Notes under the pieces: model-generated | Database searches by the model: none | Seen by the model: the letters and a program-made list of their open reading frames with translations, nothing else | What the model was told of the DNA's origin: nothing | Made by a program: the position numbers and the translations under genes | DNA from: Bacteroidota bacterium | GTDB lineage: Bacteria > Bacteroidota > Bacteroidia > Bacteroidales > JAHJDW01 | Direction of reading: 5' to 3' | DNA: 64,000 bases | Assembly (NCBI GenBank): GCA_037139195.1 | Contig: JBAXGW010000006.1 | Location: forward strand, 9,232 to 73,231 | Part shown: positions 31,128-40,672 of the stretch, in pieces | How positions within the stretch are numbered: position 1 is the stretch's first letter | Layout: the number at the start of each line of letters is the position of its first letter

Positions 31128-32312
31128 CTATATCATCAAAGCTCTTTTTGCAAATTCTTCAATTAACTTGAATCTGGAAATAAATTCATTTGCTAATTTG
31201 TTATGAATAATTTTCACAAACACATTATTGTCCCATGTTTTAGGAAGAAAGTCATACCAGTGAACTGGATAATAAGGGGTTGACTTAAAATTATTGCTGC
31301 CAAATTCAATTCTGGCAAACTCGATTAATTTAGCTCGGACATCATCTGATTGCATTGTTAAATCTAACCATCTAATTCCATTGCAAATATCATTTAGGTT
31401 GTTTGATTGTGGTGCGTAGGAAAAACATAAATTATTTTCTTTTAAAAAGTGTGAAGTCAAAGTCAAATTAGAATGAGCTGTAAAATTTAAACTATCATCA
31501 ATTAAATCAATACTTTGATTAGATGCTTGAATTTGCAATTGGTTTTTGAAATTACTAATTAATAGCAATTTAGCAGCGTAGATATTATTTGAAATCAATT
31601 CTGCTGATTTGAAATTTATTTCGCTATTCACAATGTTTTCTGCAATTTCATTTTTTAATTCTTCACTCATGGTTTGTCCTGTTAAATATTTAATCAAGTT
31701 TATATATTGTGTTATTGACTCCCTCAAAATTGGGTGCATTGCGGCTTCTTTCCTGCAAAGTTCTAGCCATTCTATAATATCTGTTTTATATGAAATGCAT
31801 TTTAATAATTCATCTGGAATACTTTGGTCTTTTGTAGCTTTAGTATAGTCATTTGCTTCGTTTCCATATAAAGTCAGATACAAAATAGGTGCATTTTGGT
31901 CGAAATTATGATAACGAATCAATTGATTCTCTTGGTCGCCAGCATAAATTTTATTTTCAATAATAATATGCTTCCCATTTTTGTCTTTTAGTAATATATC
32001 AATTCTTCCGCCTTCATCTTCGGTTTTATAAGCGATGTGATGCTCTACCTTTATATTAGCATTTTCGGCAATAAAATCAGTGATTTTAAGATGGTTGATA
32101 AAGATTTTTAGAAATTCATCTTTCTGTCCGTGGCTTCCTTGTGGATTTAATAATTCTGCAAGGAAAGCGGAATGTGTTCTTACTTCATCAGAAGTCAATT
32201 TAAGAATTTTGAAAATATTAAAGTTTTCTCCTGATAATTCCGCAACTTTCTCATATTGCTTTCGAATAGCCGAAACTTGATTTAAGAGGTTGGTTATATT
32301 GTTTATTTCCAT
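31128..32312 (-). CDS. PD-(D/E)XK nuclease family protein (PDDEXK_4-like)
   Basis: NFNIF..L....DE..HSAFLAELLNP.GSHG, GRIDILL, IIIENKIYAGDQENQL.RY. ATG 32312 preferred. Confidence 0.85.
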   Translation of the reverse strand: MEINNITNLLNQVSAIRKQYEKVAELSGENFNIFKILKLTSDEVRTHSAFLAELLNPQGSHGQKDEFLKIFINHLKITDFIAENANIKVEHHIAYKTEDEGGRIDILLKDKNGKHIIIENKIYAGDQENQLIRYHNFDQNAPILYLTLYGNEANDYTKATKDQSIPDELLKCISYKTDIIEWLELCRKEAAMHPILRESITQYINLIKYLTGQTMSEELKNEIAENIVNSEINFKSAELISNNIYAAKLLLISNFKNQLQIQASNQSIDLIDDSLNFTAHSNLTLTSHFLKENNLCFSYAPQSNNLNDICNGIRWLDLTMQSDDVRAKLIEFARIEFGSNNFKSTPYYPVHWYDFLPKTWDNNVFVKIIHNKLANEFISRFKLIEEFAKRALMI

Positions 32313-32353
32313 GATTTTTATTTCAAATATATACAAAATTTAGCTCAACTATA

Positions 32354-32938
32354 TTATTTTTTAATTTTTATCAAATCAGCATATAAATTTTCAAATTCAT
32401 ATTCTTCTGAAAGTTTGTATTTGTAATAAATTTCTTTTATTTTTTCAGAGCTTAATTGAAATTCCTTTTGTTTAATGAGTATCTCTATATTTATCATTGT
32501 TTTCTCTAATATTTTACTGAATATTTCTTCTTTGTAATACAATGATAATATTAATTGTTTCCATGCTACGTCTTTGTAATATTTGAAAATATTTGTAGCA
32601 ACAACTGATTTTTTGTGGCATATTATTTCTTTTGCAAATGCTGCAAATTCAGCAAAGTTGCTGTAAAACATTAAAATCCATAATGCTTTATCATTGGATG
32701 CGTTTAATTTTTCATTTATTGAATCAATTGTTCCACTTATATTGAAAAACAGTACGCAAAATTGATTGAACAAATTTGTGCTTGATATATGTTCTTCAAT
32801 ATACGTTAAATCGATATCTACCTGAAGTATTGATCTTTGAAGTTTTGTTAGTTCTTCAAGGAATTGGATGCTTAAATTACTCCTTAAGTGAAATTCTAAT
32901 AAGAGGAAAGATTTTATTTCGGCAAAATGGTCTGTCAT
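32354..32938 (-). CDS. Hypothetical helical protein
   Basis: ATG 32938 lies just downstream of promoter/box copy 4; no recognised motif. Confidence 0.6.
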   Translation of the reverse strand: MTDHFAEIKSFLLLEFHLRSNLSIQFLEELTKLQRSILQVDIDLTYIEEHISSTNLFNQFCVLFFNISGTIDSINEKLNASNDKALWILMFYSNFAEFAAFAKEIICHKKSVVATNIFKYYKDVAWKQLILSLYYKEEIFSKILEKTMINIEILIKQKEFQLSSEKIKEIYYKYKLSEEYEFENLYADLIKIKK

Positions 32939-32954
32939 ATTTATCAAGTTTTAG

Positions 32955-32989
32955 CAAAATAAATAAGTGCCAAAGCCAAAATATGACGT
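32955..32989 (-). promoter_or_regulatory. Putative WYL box plus degenerate -7 element (copy 4)
   Basis: Minus strand: ACGTCA TATTT TGGCTT -N10- TTATTTTG. Confidence 0.65.
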
Positions 32990-33031
32990 TAGTAAAATTT
33001 ATTCTGCAAACTAAAAAAAATCAGTACAAAA

Positions 33032-34129
33032 TTACCAATCCACTAATTTAAAAGGTTTGCAAACCTCATAAACTTCTTCAAAAATTTTTTCACTTACTTT
33101 CTTCGATAAACTAACTTCTTTGGCTACTGCAAAAATATCTTTTAAAGTGGGATTTCCTTGTCCCAAAATGGTTGATGAATGATTTGCATAAAAACCTTCA
33201 CTCGGAACTAAGTCATAAGCAGGTGACAATTTCCAAGAATTTTCTTTTAATATAAACGAAAAATTCTTTGCGTGGTCGTCTTTATTTCCCATCAACACAT
33301 TAAATATCATCTGCCTATACAATTTTTCAACTTCTTTTATATCTCTTGTTAATCCTAAAGTTGCTTTCAACATTTCAGAATAATCTAACGAAGGAAAACG
33401 ATGGCTGGCATATAAAAGTCCACTCATAGAATGCGTATGAATTCTCTTCGAACCATTTCTATCAAAACGCTTAACACCAAAATATTTTCCTTCAAACAAA
33501 CGTGTTTCTGGCATTTCAATGCCACACTTTTTGGCAATTTGTGAATATTCATATTCAATATTTCCTATATCAGCAGGGTCTTGAGACGATGCAAACTTAA
33601 TTATCCAAGGATTCCCATCTATTTCAATCATTACTTTTGGTCTGGCGCCGCCCGAAGAGCCATTTTTATTGAGTAATAATTCTAAAGAGCCCGAATAGTC
33701 ATCGTTTAAAATTAGTTTAACCTCCTTAGCTAGAAAATTTACATCAGTAATATCTGTAAAACTTGTTAATTTATTAATTGGCTTATACCACAATACTCCC
33801 ATGCCATTATCGCCAACAATACTAAGTCTATCTAATAATGTCAATGATGAAGGATTGAATTTTTGGCTCATTAAAAATCGGTCTAATAAAAGATTTCCCC
33901 AGCCATCGGGCAAACTGTCATTAAAAACACCAAACATGCCATCGAAAGGATCTCTTTTTGCAACAAAAGTTCCTGCTTTTAAAGGCAAATGAAAAGGTGA
34001 TAATGAAATGCCTTTTGCAAGATAATCAGCATTATATTCGAATAAACAGAGATTGTTGGAGCCTAGCGCCAAGCGTCCAACCTTTTGTTCGTCCCAATAA
34101 ACTTCAACTAAATCAGTGTGTTTAATCAT
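33032..34129 (-). CDS. hipA: HipA-family Ser/Thr kinase toxin
   Basis: N-terminal couple domain (DSLPDGWG), SSGGARPK, GNKDDHAKNFSF and LSPAYD. Confidence 0.92.
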   Translation of the reverse strand: MIKHTDLVEVYWDEQKVGRLALGSNNLCLFEYNADYLAKGISLSPFHLPLKAGTFVAKRDPFDGMFGVFNDSLPDGWGNLLLDRFLMSQKFNPSSLTLLDRLSIVGDNGMGVLWYKPINKLTSFTDITDVNFLAKEVKLILNDDYSGSLELLLNKNGSSGGARPKVMIEIDGNPWIIKFASSQDPADIGNIEYEYSQIAKKCGIEMPETRLFEGKYFGVKRFDRNGSKRIHTHSMSGLLYASHRFPSLDYSEMLKATLGLTRDIKEVEKLYRQMIFNVLMGNKDDHAKNFSFILKENSWKLSPAYDLVPSEGFYANHSSTILGQGNPTLKDIFAVAKEVSLSKKVSEKIFEEVYEVCKPFKLVDW

Positions 34130-34451
34130 TTTTCCGACCTCGCTTTCTTATTTTTTTACTCTTTAGAACCTTATCTATGCTTGAATTTATATTGTTTTGA
34201 AAAAGCAATTTGAATTCTTCAACTGCATTTAAAACGATAGCTAGCATAAGCAAATGTTTTAACGATATTTCTGCTTTGTCTTCAAAACGTTTTAAAGTTC
34301 CTAAGCTAACACCTGATTTTGAGGCTAAATCCTCACGGGTAAAATTAAGAAACAAACGCTTTTGTTTAAGATTTGCAGCAATTTTTCGCATTAAATCTAG
34401 TGGATTAAAATCGTCTAATTCAAAATTATTATTGGCTAATATATTATCCAT
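34122..34451 (-). CDS. XRE-family HTH antitoxin (HipB-like)
   Basis: TREDLASKSGVSLGTLKRFE..ISL; overlaps the hipA start. Confidence 0.85.
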   Translation of the reverse strand: MDNILANNNFELDDFNPLDLMRKIAANLKQKRLFLNFTREDLASKSGVSLGTLKRFEDKAEISLKHLLMLAIVLNAVEEFKLLFQNNINSSIDKVLKSKKIRKRGRKND

Positions 34452-34506
34452 TGTATGTAAATATTAGTTTAAAGGTTAATATAATAACCATTATAAAACA
34501 AATATA
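34434..34506 (-). promoter_or_regulatory. hipB-like promoter with two palindromic operators
   Basis: GGCTAATATATTATCC (34434-49) and GGTTAATATAATAACC (34474-89); -7 TATATTTG on the minus strand at 34499-34506. Confidence 0.6.
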
Positions 34507-34525
34507 CGAAAATATTTTGAGAAAT

Positions 34526-34620
34526 ATCAACTTCAAATAATTTTGACAGTGATTTTACTGTTAAAAATATTTGACAATAAATTTACTGTCAATTAACTTA
34601 TTTAATAATCAACTTCAAAT
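34526..34620. repeat. Two 22-bp palindromes inside a 13-bp direct repeat
   Basis: ATCAACTTCAAAT at 34526 and 34608; TTGACAGTGATTTTACTGTTAA at 34543 and TTGACAATAAATTTACTGTCAA at 34571. Confidence 0.8.
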
Positions 34621-34661
34621 TTTCCCTAAAAATCATTAAATTTGCATCTTATTCATTGCAA

Positions 34662-36698
34662 ATGGAATTTGTTTATCCTTGGTTTCTTTCTGGTTTAGCT
34701 GCTGTCAGCATCCCTATTATTATACATCTCTTCAATCTCAGAAGGTATAAGGTGGTGTATTTTTCTGATATTCGGTTTTTAAAGCAGGTAAATCTCGAAA
34801 GTAAAGCAAAATCGAAAATTAAACATTTACTTATCCTTATTTCACGTATACTTGCAATTGTATGCTTAGTGCTTGCTTTTGCTCAGCCCTACATTCCAAA
34901 ATCGGGTTCTAGTAAAGTATTGGGGCAGAAGGCTGCTAGCATTTATATTGATAATACAAGCAGTATGAATCTATTGTCTCAACAAGGCACATTGCTCGAT
35001 GAGGCTAAAATTAAATCAGCTCAAATTATTAAATCATATAATAATTCGGATGTTTTTCAAATTACAACAAACGATTTTGAGCCTCAGCATAACTTTTTTG
35101 TCAACAAAGATCAATTTGTCGAACTAACAAATAAAATAGATTTTAGTCCTGTTTATCGTAATCTTTCTGATATTGTTGCACGTCAAAAAGATGCACTTTT
35201 AAATACAGAGGCTAAAAATAAATCAATATTTATAATCAGCGATTTTCAAAAAAATAGTAGCGATTTAACAAAATTTAAAAATGATTCAAATTTAAATGTG
35301 TATCTAATTCCAGTAAAATCAGCTCAAGTAAATAATATCTATATTGATTCTTGCTGGATGCAATCGCCTGTTCATCAAATTAATAAAAAAGAAAAAGTTT
35401 TTGCTCGCATTAAAAACAGTTCTGCTAATCAAATTGAAAATATTCCGATAAAACTTTTTATAAACGGCAAACAGAAAACACTTACAAGCATTACGCTTCC
35501 ATCCAGTGGTACTGCTATTGCCGAACTTTCTTTTTTGTCGGATAATCCTGGAATTAATCAGTGTTATATTGAGTTAACCGACTATCCAATTGTTTCAGAT
35601 GATAAATTTTATTTCACATTTATGGTGAAAGAAAAAATAAATATTTTATCAATTAGCGAAAGCGCCGACAATTCTGCTTTTTTTAAATTATTTGGAAACG
35701 ATTCTGCTTTTGTGTTTACCGAATCTACATCAAAACAAATTGATTATAATAAATTCAATGTTAATGATTTAATAATTTTAAATCAATTAAATGAGCTAAC
35801 TTCTGGTTTAATTCAAGAACTCGACCGTTTTTCTAAAAATGGTGGTGCTATTGCTTTTATTCCATCTGAAAAAGGAAATATCGAAAGTTATAATAATTTT
35901 TTAGGCGGCATAAAAAGTAAAACATTTAAACAAGCTGACACGGCAAAAACGAATGTGGCATTATTAAATTTGTATCATCCAATTTTTAAATCAATATTTT
36001 CAAGCATTCCCGAAAATATGGATTTGCCAAGTGTTTCTATGCATTATGTACTTGATAAATCGAAATTAAGCGATGAAGATGTATTAATAAACTTAAAAAA
36101 TGGTGACCCATTATTGGTTTCAAAAATAAGAGAAAAAAGTAAATATTATATTTTTACTTGTCCACTTGAACAGGAATCTACCAATTTTAGTCGTCATCCA
36201 TTATTTGTACCTTTGTTTTGGGAGATTGCAATATCAAGTATTCCAACCAATAATTTGTTTTATACAATTGGTAATAACGATAAAGTTGAATTAAGCAATA
36301 TTCAAATTAAAAATGATCAGGTATTATCGGTTCAAAAGGAAAACTATTCTTTTATACCAGAGCAATCAAACAATGAAAGTACTTACGATATTAAAATAAA
36401 CGACCAAATAAAAGAACCAGGGTTTTATTCAATTTCTCAAGAAAATAAAGCCATAGCTGTTTTAGCATATAATTTAAATAGAAAAGAATCAGATTTAAGT
36501 TATTTTTCCAACGAAGAAATTGAAAAAATAATTGACAAAAACCAATTAAACAACTTCAAATTAATAAATGCAAAAGACAAAAACTTGAGTCAATATATTT
36601 CCGACTTGAATGTTGGTAAAAGATTTTGGAAAATTTTCGTGCTTCTTGCTTTGTTGTTTCTTACAATTGAAGTACTTTTACTAAAGTATTTAAAATAA
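34662..36698 (+). CDS. BatA (N-terminal double-TM) / vWA-domain membrane protein
   Basis: F.YP.FL.GL....IPIIIHL...F.DIRFL...LAFAQP; MIDAS-like IDNTSSM and ISDFQ; C-terminal TM. -7 TAAATTTG at 34637. Confidence 0.85.
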   Translation: MEFVYPWFLSGLAAVSIPIIIHLFNLRRYKVVYFSDIRFLKQVNLESKAKSKIKHLLILISRILAIVCLVLAFAQPYIPKSGSSKVLGQKAASIYIDNTSSMNLLSQQGTLLDEAKIKSAQIIKSYNNSDVFQITTNDFEPQHNFFVNKDQFVELTNKIDFSPVYRNLSDIVARQKDALLNTEAKNKSIFIISDFQKNSSDLTKFKNDSNLNVYLIPVKSAQVNNIYIDSCWMQSPVHQINKKEKVFARIKNSSANQIENIPIKLFINGKQKTLTSITLPSSGTAIAELSFLSDNPGINQCYIELTDYPIVSDDKFYFTFMVKEKINILSISESADNSAFFKLFGNDSAFVFTESTSKQIDYNKFNVNDLIILNQLNELTSGLIQELDRFSKNGGAIAFIPSEKGNIESYNNFLGGIKSKTFKQADTAKTNVALLNLYHPIFKSIFSSIPENMDLPSVSMHYVLDKSKLSDEDVLINLKNGDPLLVSKIREKSKYYIFTCPLEQESTNFSRHPLFVPLFWEIAISSIPTNNLFYTIGNNDKVELSNIQIKNDQVLSVQKENYSFIPEQSNNESTYDIKINDQIKEPGFYSISQENKAIAVLAYNLNRKESDLSYFSNEEIEKIIDKNQLNNFKLINAKDKNLSQYISDLNVGKRFWKIFVLLALLFLTIEVLLLKYLK

Positions 36699-36720
36699 AA
36701 TTATTATTACTAGATTTTTG

Positions 36721-39336
36721 ATGGAAAATCAAGAAAATATACCAGAAGAATTAGCATCTGAAAATATTGAACAAAGCGGCGAAGAAAACAAAGGGACAAT
36801 AGCCTATATTGGCGGAATGTACCAAGATTGGTTTTTGGATTATGCCTCTTATGTTATTCTTGAAAGAGCTGTTCCGTATGCAGAAGATGGTTTAAAGCCA
36901 GTTCAGCGTCGCTTGCTTCATGCAATGTACGAAATGGATGATGGTAGATATAATAAAGTTGCAAATATCATTGGTACCACTATGAAATATCATCCACATG
37001 GTGATGCTTCTATTGGTGATGCTTTAGTTCAAATGGGTCAAAAAGACCTTTTGATTGATATGCAAGGAAACTGGGGAAATATTTTCACTGGCGATAGTGC
37101 TGCAGCTCCTCGTTATATCGAAGCTCGTTTATCAAAATTTGCGTTGGATGTTGCTTTTAATCCAAAAACTACACCTTGGAAGCAATCGTATGATGGAAGA
37201 AATAGAGAACCAATAACGCTGCCAATGAAATTTCCACTTCTTTTAGCACAGGGAGTTGAAGGAATTGCTGTTGGTTTAGCTTCTAAAATATTGCCACATA
37301 ACTTTAATGAACTGATTGATGCTTCTATAGAAATATTGAAAGGTGGAAATTGCAATATAATGCCCGATTTTCCAACCGGAGGATTAGCTGATTTTTCAAG
37401 ATACAATGGAGGTTTACGAGGTGGAAAAGTTCGTATTAGAGCTAAAATAAATCAAGTTGACAAGAAAACGCTTTCTATAACTGAAATACCCTTTGGAACA
37501 ACAACAACATCGCTCATAGAATCTATTGTTGCTGCAAACGATAAAGGGAAAATTAAAATCAAGAAAATTGAGGACAATACGGCTGAAAAAGTTGAAATCC
37601 TAATTTACCTGCATAATGATATTTCTGCCGATATTACTATTGATGCATTGTATGCGTTTACTAACTGCGAAATGTCAATATCTCCAAATAGCTGTATTAT
37701 TCAAAATGATACACCTCGCTTTGCCGATGTAAACGACATTTTGAAAGATAATACTAAGCAAACATTAGAATTGTTAAGAACAGAGCTTCAGATACAAAAG
37801 GCAGAACTCACTGAATCGTTAAATTTTGCTTCGCTTGAAAAAATATTCATCAATCACGAAATGTATATCGACTTCAAGCTGTATTCTAACAAAGAAACAC
37901 TTTACGAATATTTGTATAAACAGTTTGAGCCTTTTAAAGCAGAGCTATTTAGAGAAATTACTGATCAAGATTTGCATAAATTAACGCAAATTCCTATGAT
38001 TCGTATTACTCGCTTCGATTCTACCAAAGCTGATGAAGCAATAGCCAGACTGCAGGATGCAATTGCTGAAGTACAAAATCATTTAGATAATATTGTTGAT
38101 TTTGCTATCAACTTCTTCAAACAAATAAAGAAAAAATACGGCAAAGGTAAAGAACGCAAAACTGAAATTCGTCAGTTTGATACCATTCAAGCAACAGAGG
38201 TTGCAGTAAATAATGCGAAATTATATTTTAATCGCGAAGAAGGTTTTGCCGGAACATCAATGAATAAGTTCGAATATATCTGCGATTGTTCTGATATTGA
38301 TGATATTATTATTTTCAGAGAAGATGGAACTTTTTTTGTTACTAAGGTAAGCGACAAGTTTTATACTGGAAACAACGTTATTCATATTGCTGTGTTTAAA
38401 AAGAACGACGAACGCACTGTTTATAATATGATTTATCGTGATGGAATGACTGGTCCAATAATGGTTAAGCGTTTTTCAGTAACAGGTATTACTCGCGACA
38501 AAGAATATGATTTAACTAAAGGCGAAAAAAATTCAAAAACATTATATTTTACTGCTAATCCCAATGGCGAAGCTGAAATTATTAAGATATTTTTGAAACC
38601 ACGTCCGAAACTTAAAAAGACAATTTTTGATTTCGATTTTTCCGAAATAGCAATAAAAGGTCGTTCGGCTCAAGGTAATATTTTAAGCCGATTCTCAATA
38701 CATAAAATTGTATTAAAAGAAGAAGGCGTTTCTACTTTAGGTGCTAGATATATTTGGTTTGATGAAACTACAAAACGACTAAATACCGAGCAATATGGTA
38801 AATATTTAGGTGAGTTTGAAGCAAACGATAAAATTTTAGGCGTTTATAAATCGGGTGTTTATAAGATTTATCCGCACGATTTATCTTGCCATTTTGATGA
38901 TGATTTATTACTTATAGAAAAATTTAATCCAAAGAAAACGTTTACAGCAATTTATATCGATGGTGATTTGAAAATTCATTATATCAAACGTTTTGAGTTT
39001 GAAACTACCGATAAAAAAACATGCTTTATTAGTGAATCAAATGGTTCTGAGTTGGTTGAAATTTGTGGCGACAAATATCCTCGTCTTGAAATTTCTTTCA
39101 AAAAAGATAAAGAAAAAGCTCCAGATAACGAAATTATTGAAGTAGCTGAATTTATTGGTGCTAAAAGTGTGAAAGCAAAAGGGAAGCGCCTTACTAACGG
39201 CAAACCAAATAAAATTGTATTTATTGAGCCTATTATTGTTGAAGAAGAAATTGTTGAGGTGAAAAATATTGAGGATGAAGAACCTAAAGATTCCGGCGAT
39301 GATGCAGATATTCAACAAATTGCATTAGAATTTTAA
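36721..39336 (+). CDS. parC: DNA topoisomerase IV subunit A (Bacteroidota type)
   Basis: DYASYVILERA, DGLKPVQRR, YHPHGD and the AAAPRY catalytic Tyr. Confidence 0.9.
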   Translation: MENQENIPEELASENIEQSGEENKGTIAYIGGMYQDWFLDYASYVILERAVPYAEDGLKPVQRRLLHAMYEMDDGRYNKVANIIGTTMKYHPHGDASIGDALVQMGQKDLLIDMQGNWGNIFTGDSAAAPRYIEARLSKFALDVAFNPKTTPWKQSYDGRNREPITLPMKFPLLLAQGVEGIAVGLASKILPHNFNELIDASIEILKGGNCNIMPDFPTGGLADFSRYNGGLRGGKVRIRAKINQVDKKTLSITEIPFGTTTTSLIESIVAANDKGKIKIKKIEDNTAEKVEILIYLHNDISADITIDALYAFTNCEMSISPNSCIIQNDTPRFADVNDILKDNTKQTLELLRTELQIQKAELTESLNFASLEKIFINHEMYIDFKLYSNKETLYEYLYKQFEPFKAELFREITDQDLHKLTQIPMIRITRFDSTKADEAIARLQDAIAEVQNHLDNIVDFAINFFKQIKKKYGKGKERKTEIRQFDTIQATEVAVNNAKLYFNREEGFAGTSMNKFEYICDCSDIDDIIIFREDGTFFVTKVSDKFYTGNNVIHIAVFKKNDERTVYNMIYRDGMTGPIMVKRFSVTGITRDKEYDLTKGEKNSKTLYFTANPNGEAEIIKIFLKPRPKLKKTIFDFDFSEIAIKGRSAQGNILSRFSIHKIVLKEEGVSTLGARYIWFDETTKRLNTEQYGKYLGEFEANDKILGVYKSGVYKIYPHDLSCHFDDDLLLIEKFNPKKTFTAIYIDGDLKIHYIKRFEFETTDKKTCFISESNGSELVEICGDKYPRLEISFKKDKEKAPDNEIIEVAEFIGAKSVKAKGKRLTNGKPNKIVFIEPIIVEEEIVEVKNIEDEEPKDSGDDADIQQIALEF

Positions 39337-39365
39337 AAAAAAATAACGATTCAAAGAATTTAAAG

Positions 39366-40601
39366 ATGAACAAAAAGCGTATTATTGATGTTACAGATGA
39401 CGTAAAATGGATTGGTATTTACGATCCAGATATTGTTACATTTGATATAGTAATGGAAACAAAATTCGGCACAACCTATAATTCATATTTTATTAATGCC
39501 GAGAAAAAAGCAATTATTGAAACAGCAAAAGAAAAGTATAAAGTTGATTATCTTGAAAAAGTTACTGCTGTTTGCAATCCCGAAGAAATTGAATATATAA
39601 TTCTCGACCATACCGAACCCGATCACTCTGGCTCATTAAAACATTTGTTGAAAATTGCACCTCAGGCTACTGTTGTTGGAAGCGGGAATGCAATACGTTA
39701 TTTAAATGATATAATGGGTGTTGAATTTAAGCATTTGGCTGTTAAGGATGGTGAAACCTTAAGTTTAGGAAATAAAACTTTAAAATTTATTAGCGCACCA
39801 AATTTGCATTGGCCCGATACTATGTATACATATCTTGTAGAAGACAAGTTGTTGTTTACTTGCGATTCATTTGGTGCTCATTATTGTCATGAAGAACTGT
39901 TTGACGATAAAGTAGGCAATTTTGATGAAGCTTTTAAGTATTATTTTGATGTAATTTTAGGTCCTTTCAGCAAATTTATGATTAAAGCAGTTGAAAAAGT
40001 TCGTGCTTTAGATATAAATATGATTTGTACGGGTCATGGTCCAATATTGCGTTCTAACTGGAAAAAATATGTTGATATTTCAGACGAATATGCTCATCAA
40101 AACTTAAAGCTTTCAACTCCGTTAAAAAACAGAATATTAATTGTTTATGTTTCTGCTTATGGTTATACTGGGGCTTTGGCCGAATTTATTGCTGATGGAA
40201 TAAGAGCCGTAAACCAAAATATAGTTGTTGATATTATTGATATTGAAAAAGCAGACCCCGCAGTTATTTCTCAAAAAATTTGTGAAGCAGGTGCTATTAT
40301 CGTAGGTTCGCCCACAATTAATCAGAATATTTTACCACAGATATTTCAGTTTTTCTCTATGATAAATCCTATTAGAGACCGTGGTAAGATGGCAGCATCT
40401 TTTGGTTCGTATGGTTGGAGTGGCGAAGGAGTGAAGATTATAGACGCAAATCTTAAAGCATTAAAGCTTACAGTAGATGTTGATGGACTTGCCGTTAAAT
40501 TCAATCCACACGATAATTCCATTGGTCAATTTAAAGAATTTGGAAAAGTTTTTGCCGAAAAATATTTGGAATGTCAGGGTATTGAACTGGCTTCTCGTTA
40601 G
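39366..40601 (+). CDS. fprA: FprA-family flavodiiron protein
   Basis: GTTYNSY, HTEPDH, LHWPD, CDSFG; flavodoxin domain with GSPTIN and FGSYGWSGE. Confidence 0.9.
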   Translation: MNKKRIIDVTDDVKWIGIYDPDIVTFDIVMETKFGTTYNSYFINAEKKAIIETAKEKYKVDYLEKVTAVCNPEEIEYIILDHTEPDHSGSLKHLLKIAPQATVVGSGNAIRYLNDIMGVEFKHLAVKDGETLSLGNKTLKFISAPNLHWPDTMYTYLVEDKLLFTCDSFGAHYCHEELFDDKVGNFDEAFKYYFDVILGPFSKFMIKAVEKVRALDINMICTGHGPILRSNWKKYVDISDEYAHQNLKLSTPLKNRILIVYVSAYGYTGALAEFIADGIRAVNQNIVVDIIDIEKADPAVISQKICEAGAIIVGSPTINQNILPQIFQFFSMINPIRDRGKMAASFGSYGWSGEGVKIIDANLKALKLTVDVDGLAVKFNPHDNSIGQFKEFGKVFAEKYLECQGIELASR

Positions 40602-40672
40602 TTAGCGGTAAATGATGAGATTAGAGAATAAATATTACATTGCTACGAACTTAAACACTTTAACTTTTTAAT

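Noticed and set aside
24694-34620. Island as a prophage, ICE, IS or integron
   Set aside because: No integrase, transposase, phage or conjugation gene, no flanking att repeat, and no attC-type AAC...GTT hairpins were recognised.
40602-40672. Possible further heptamer array between fprA and cvfB
   Set aside because: Only two or three very degenerate units, which is not distinguishable from AT-rich background.
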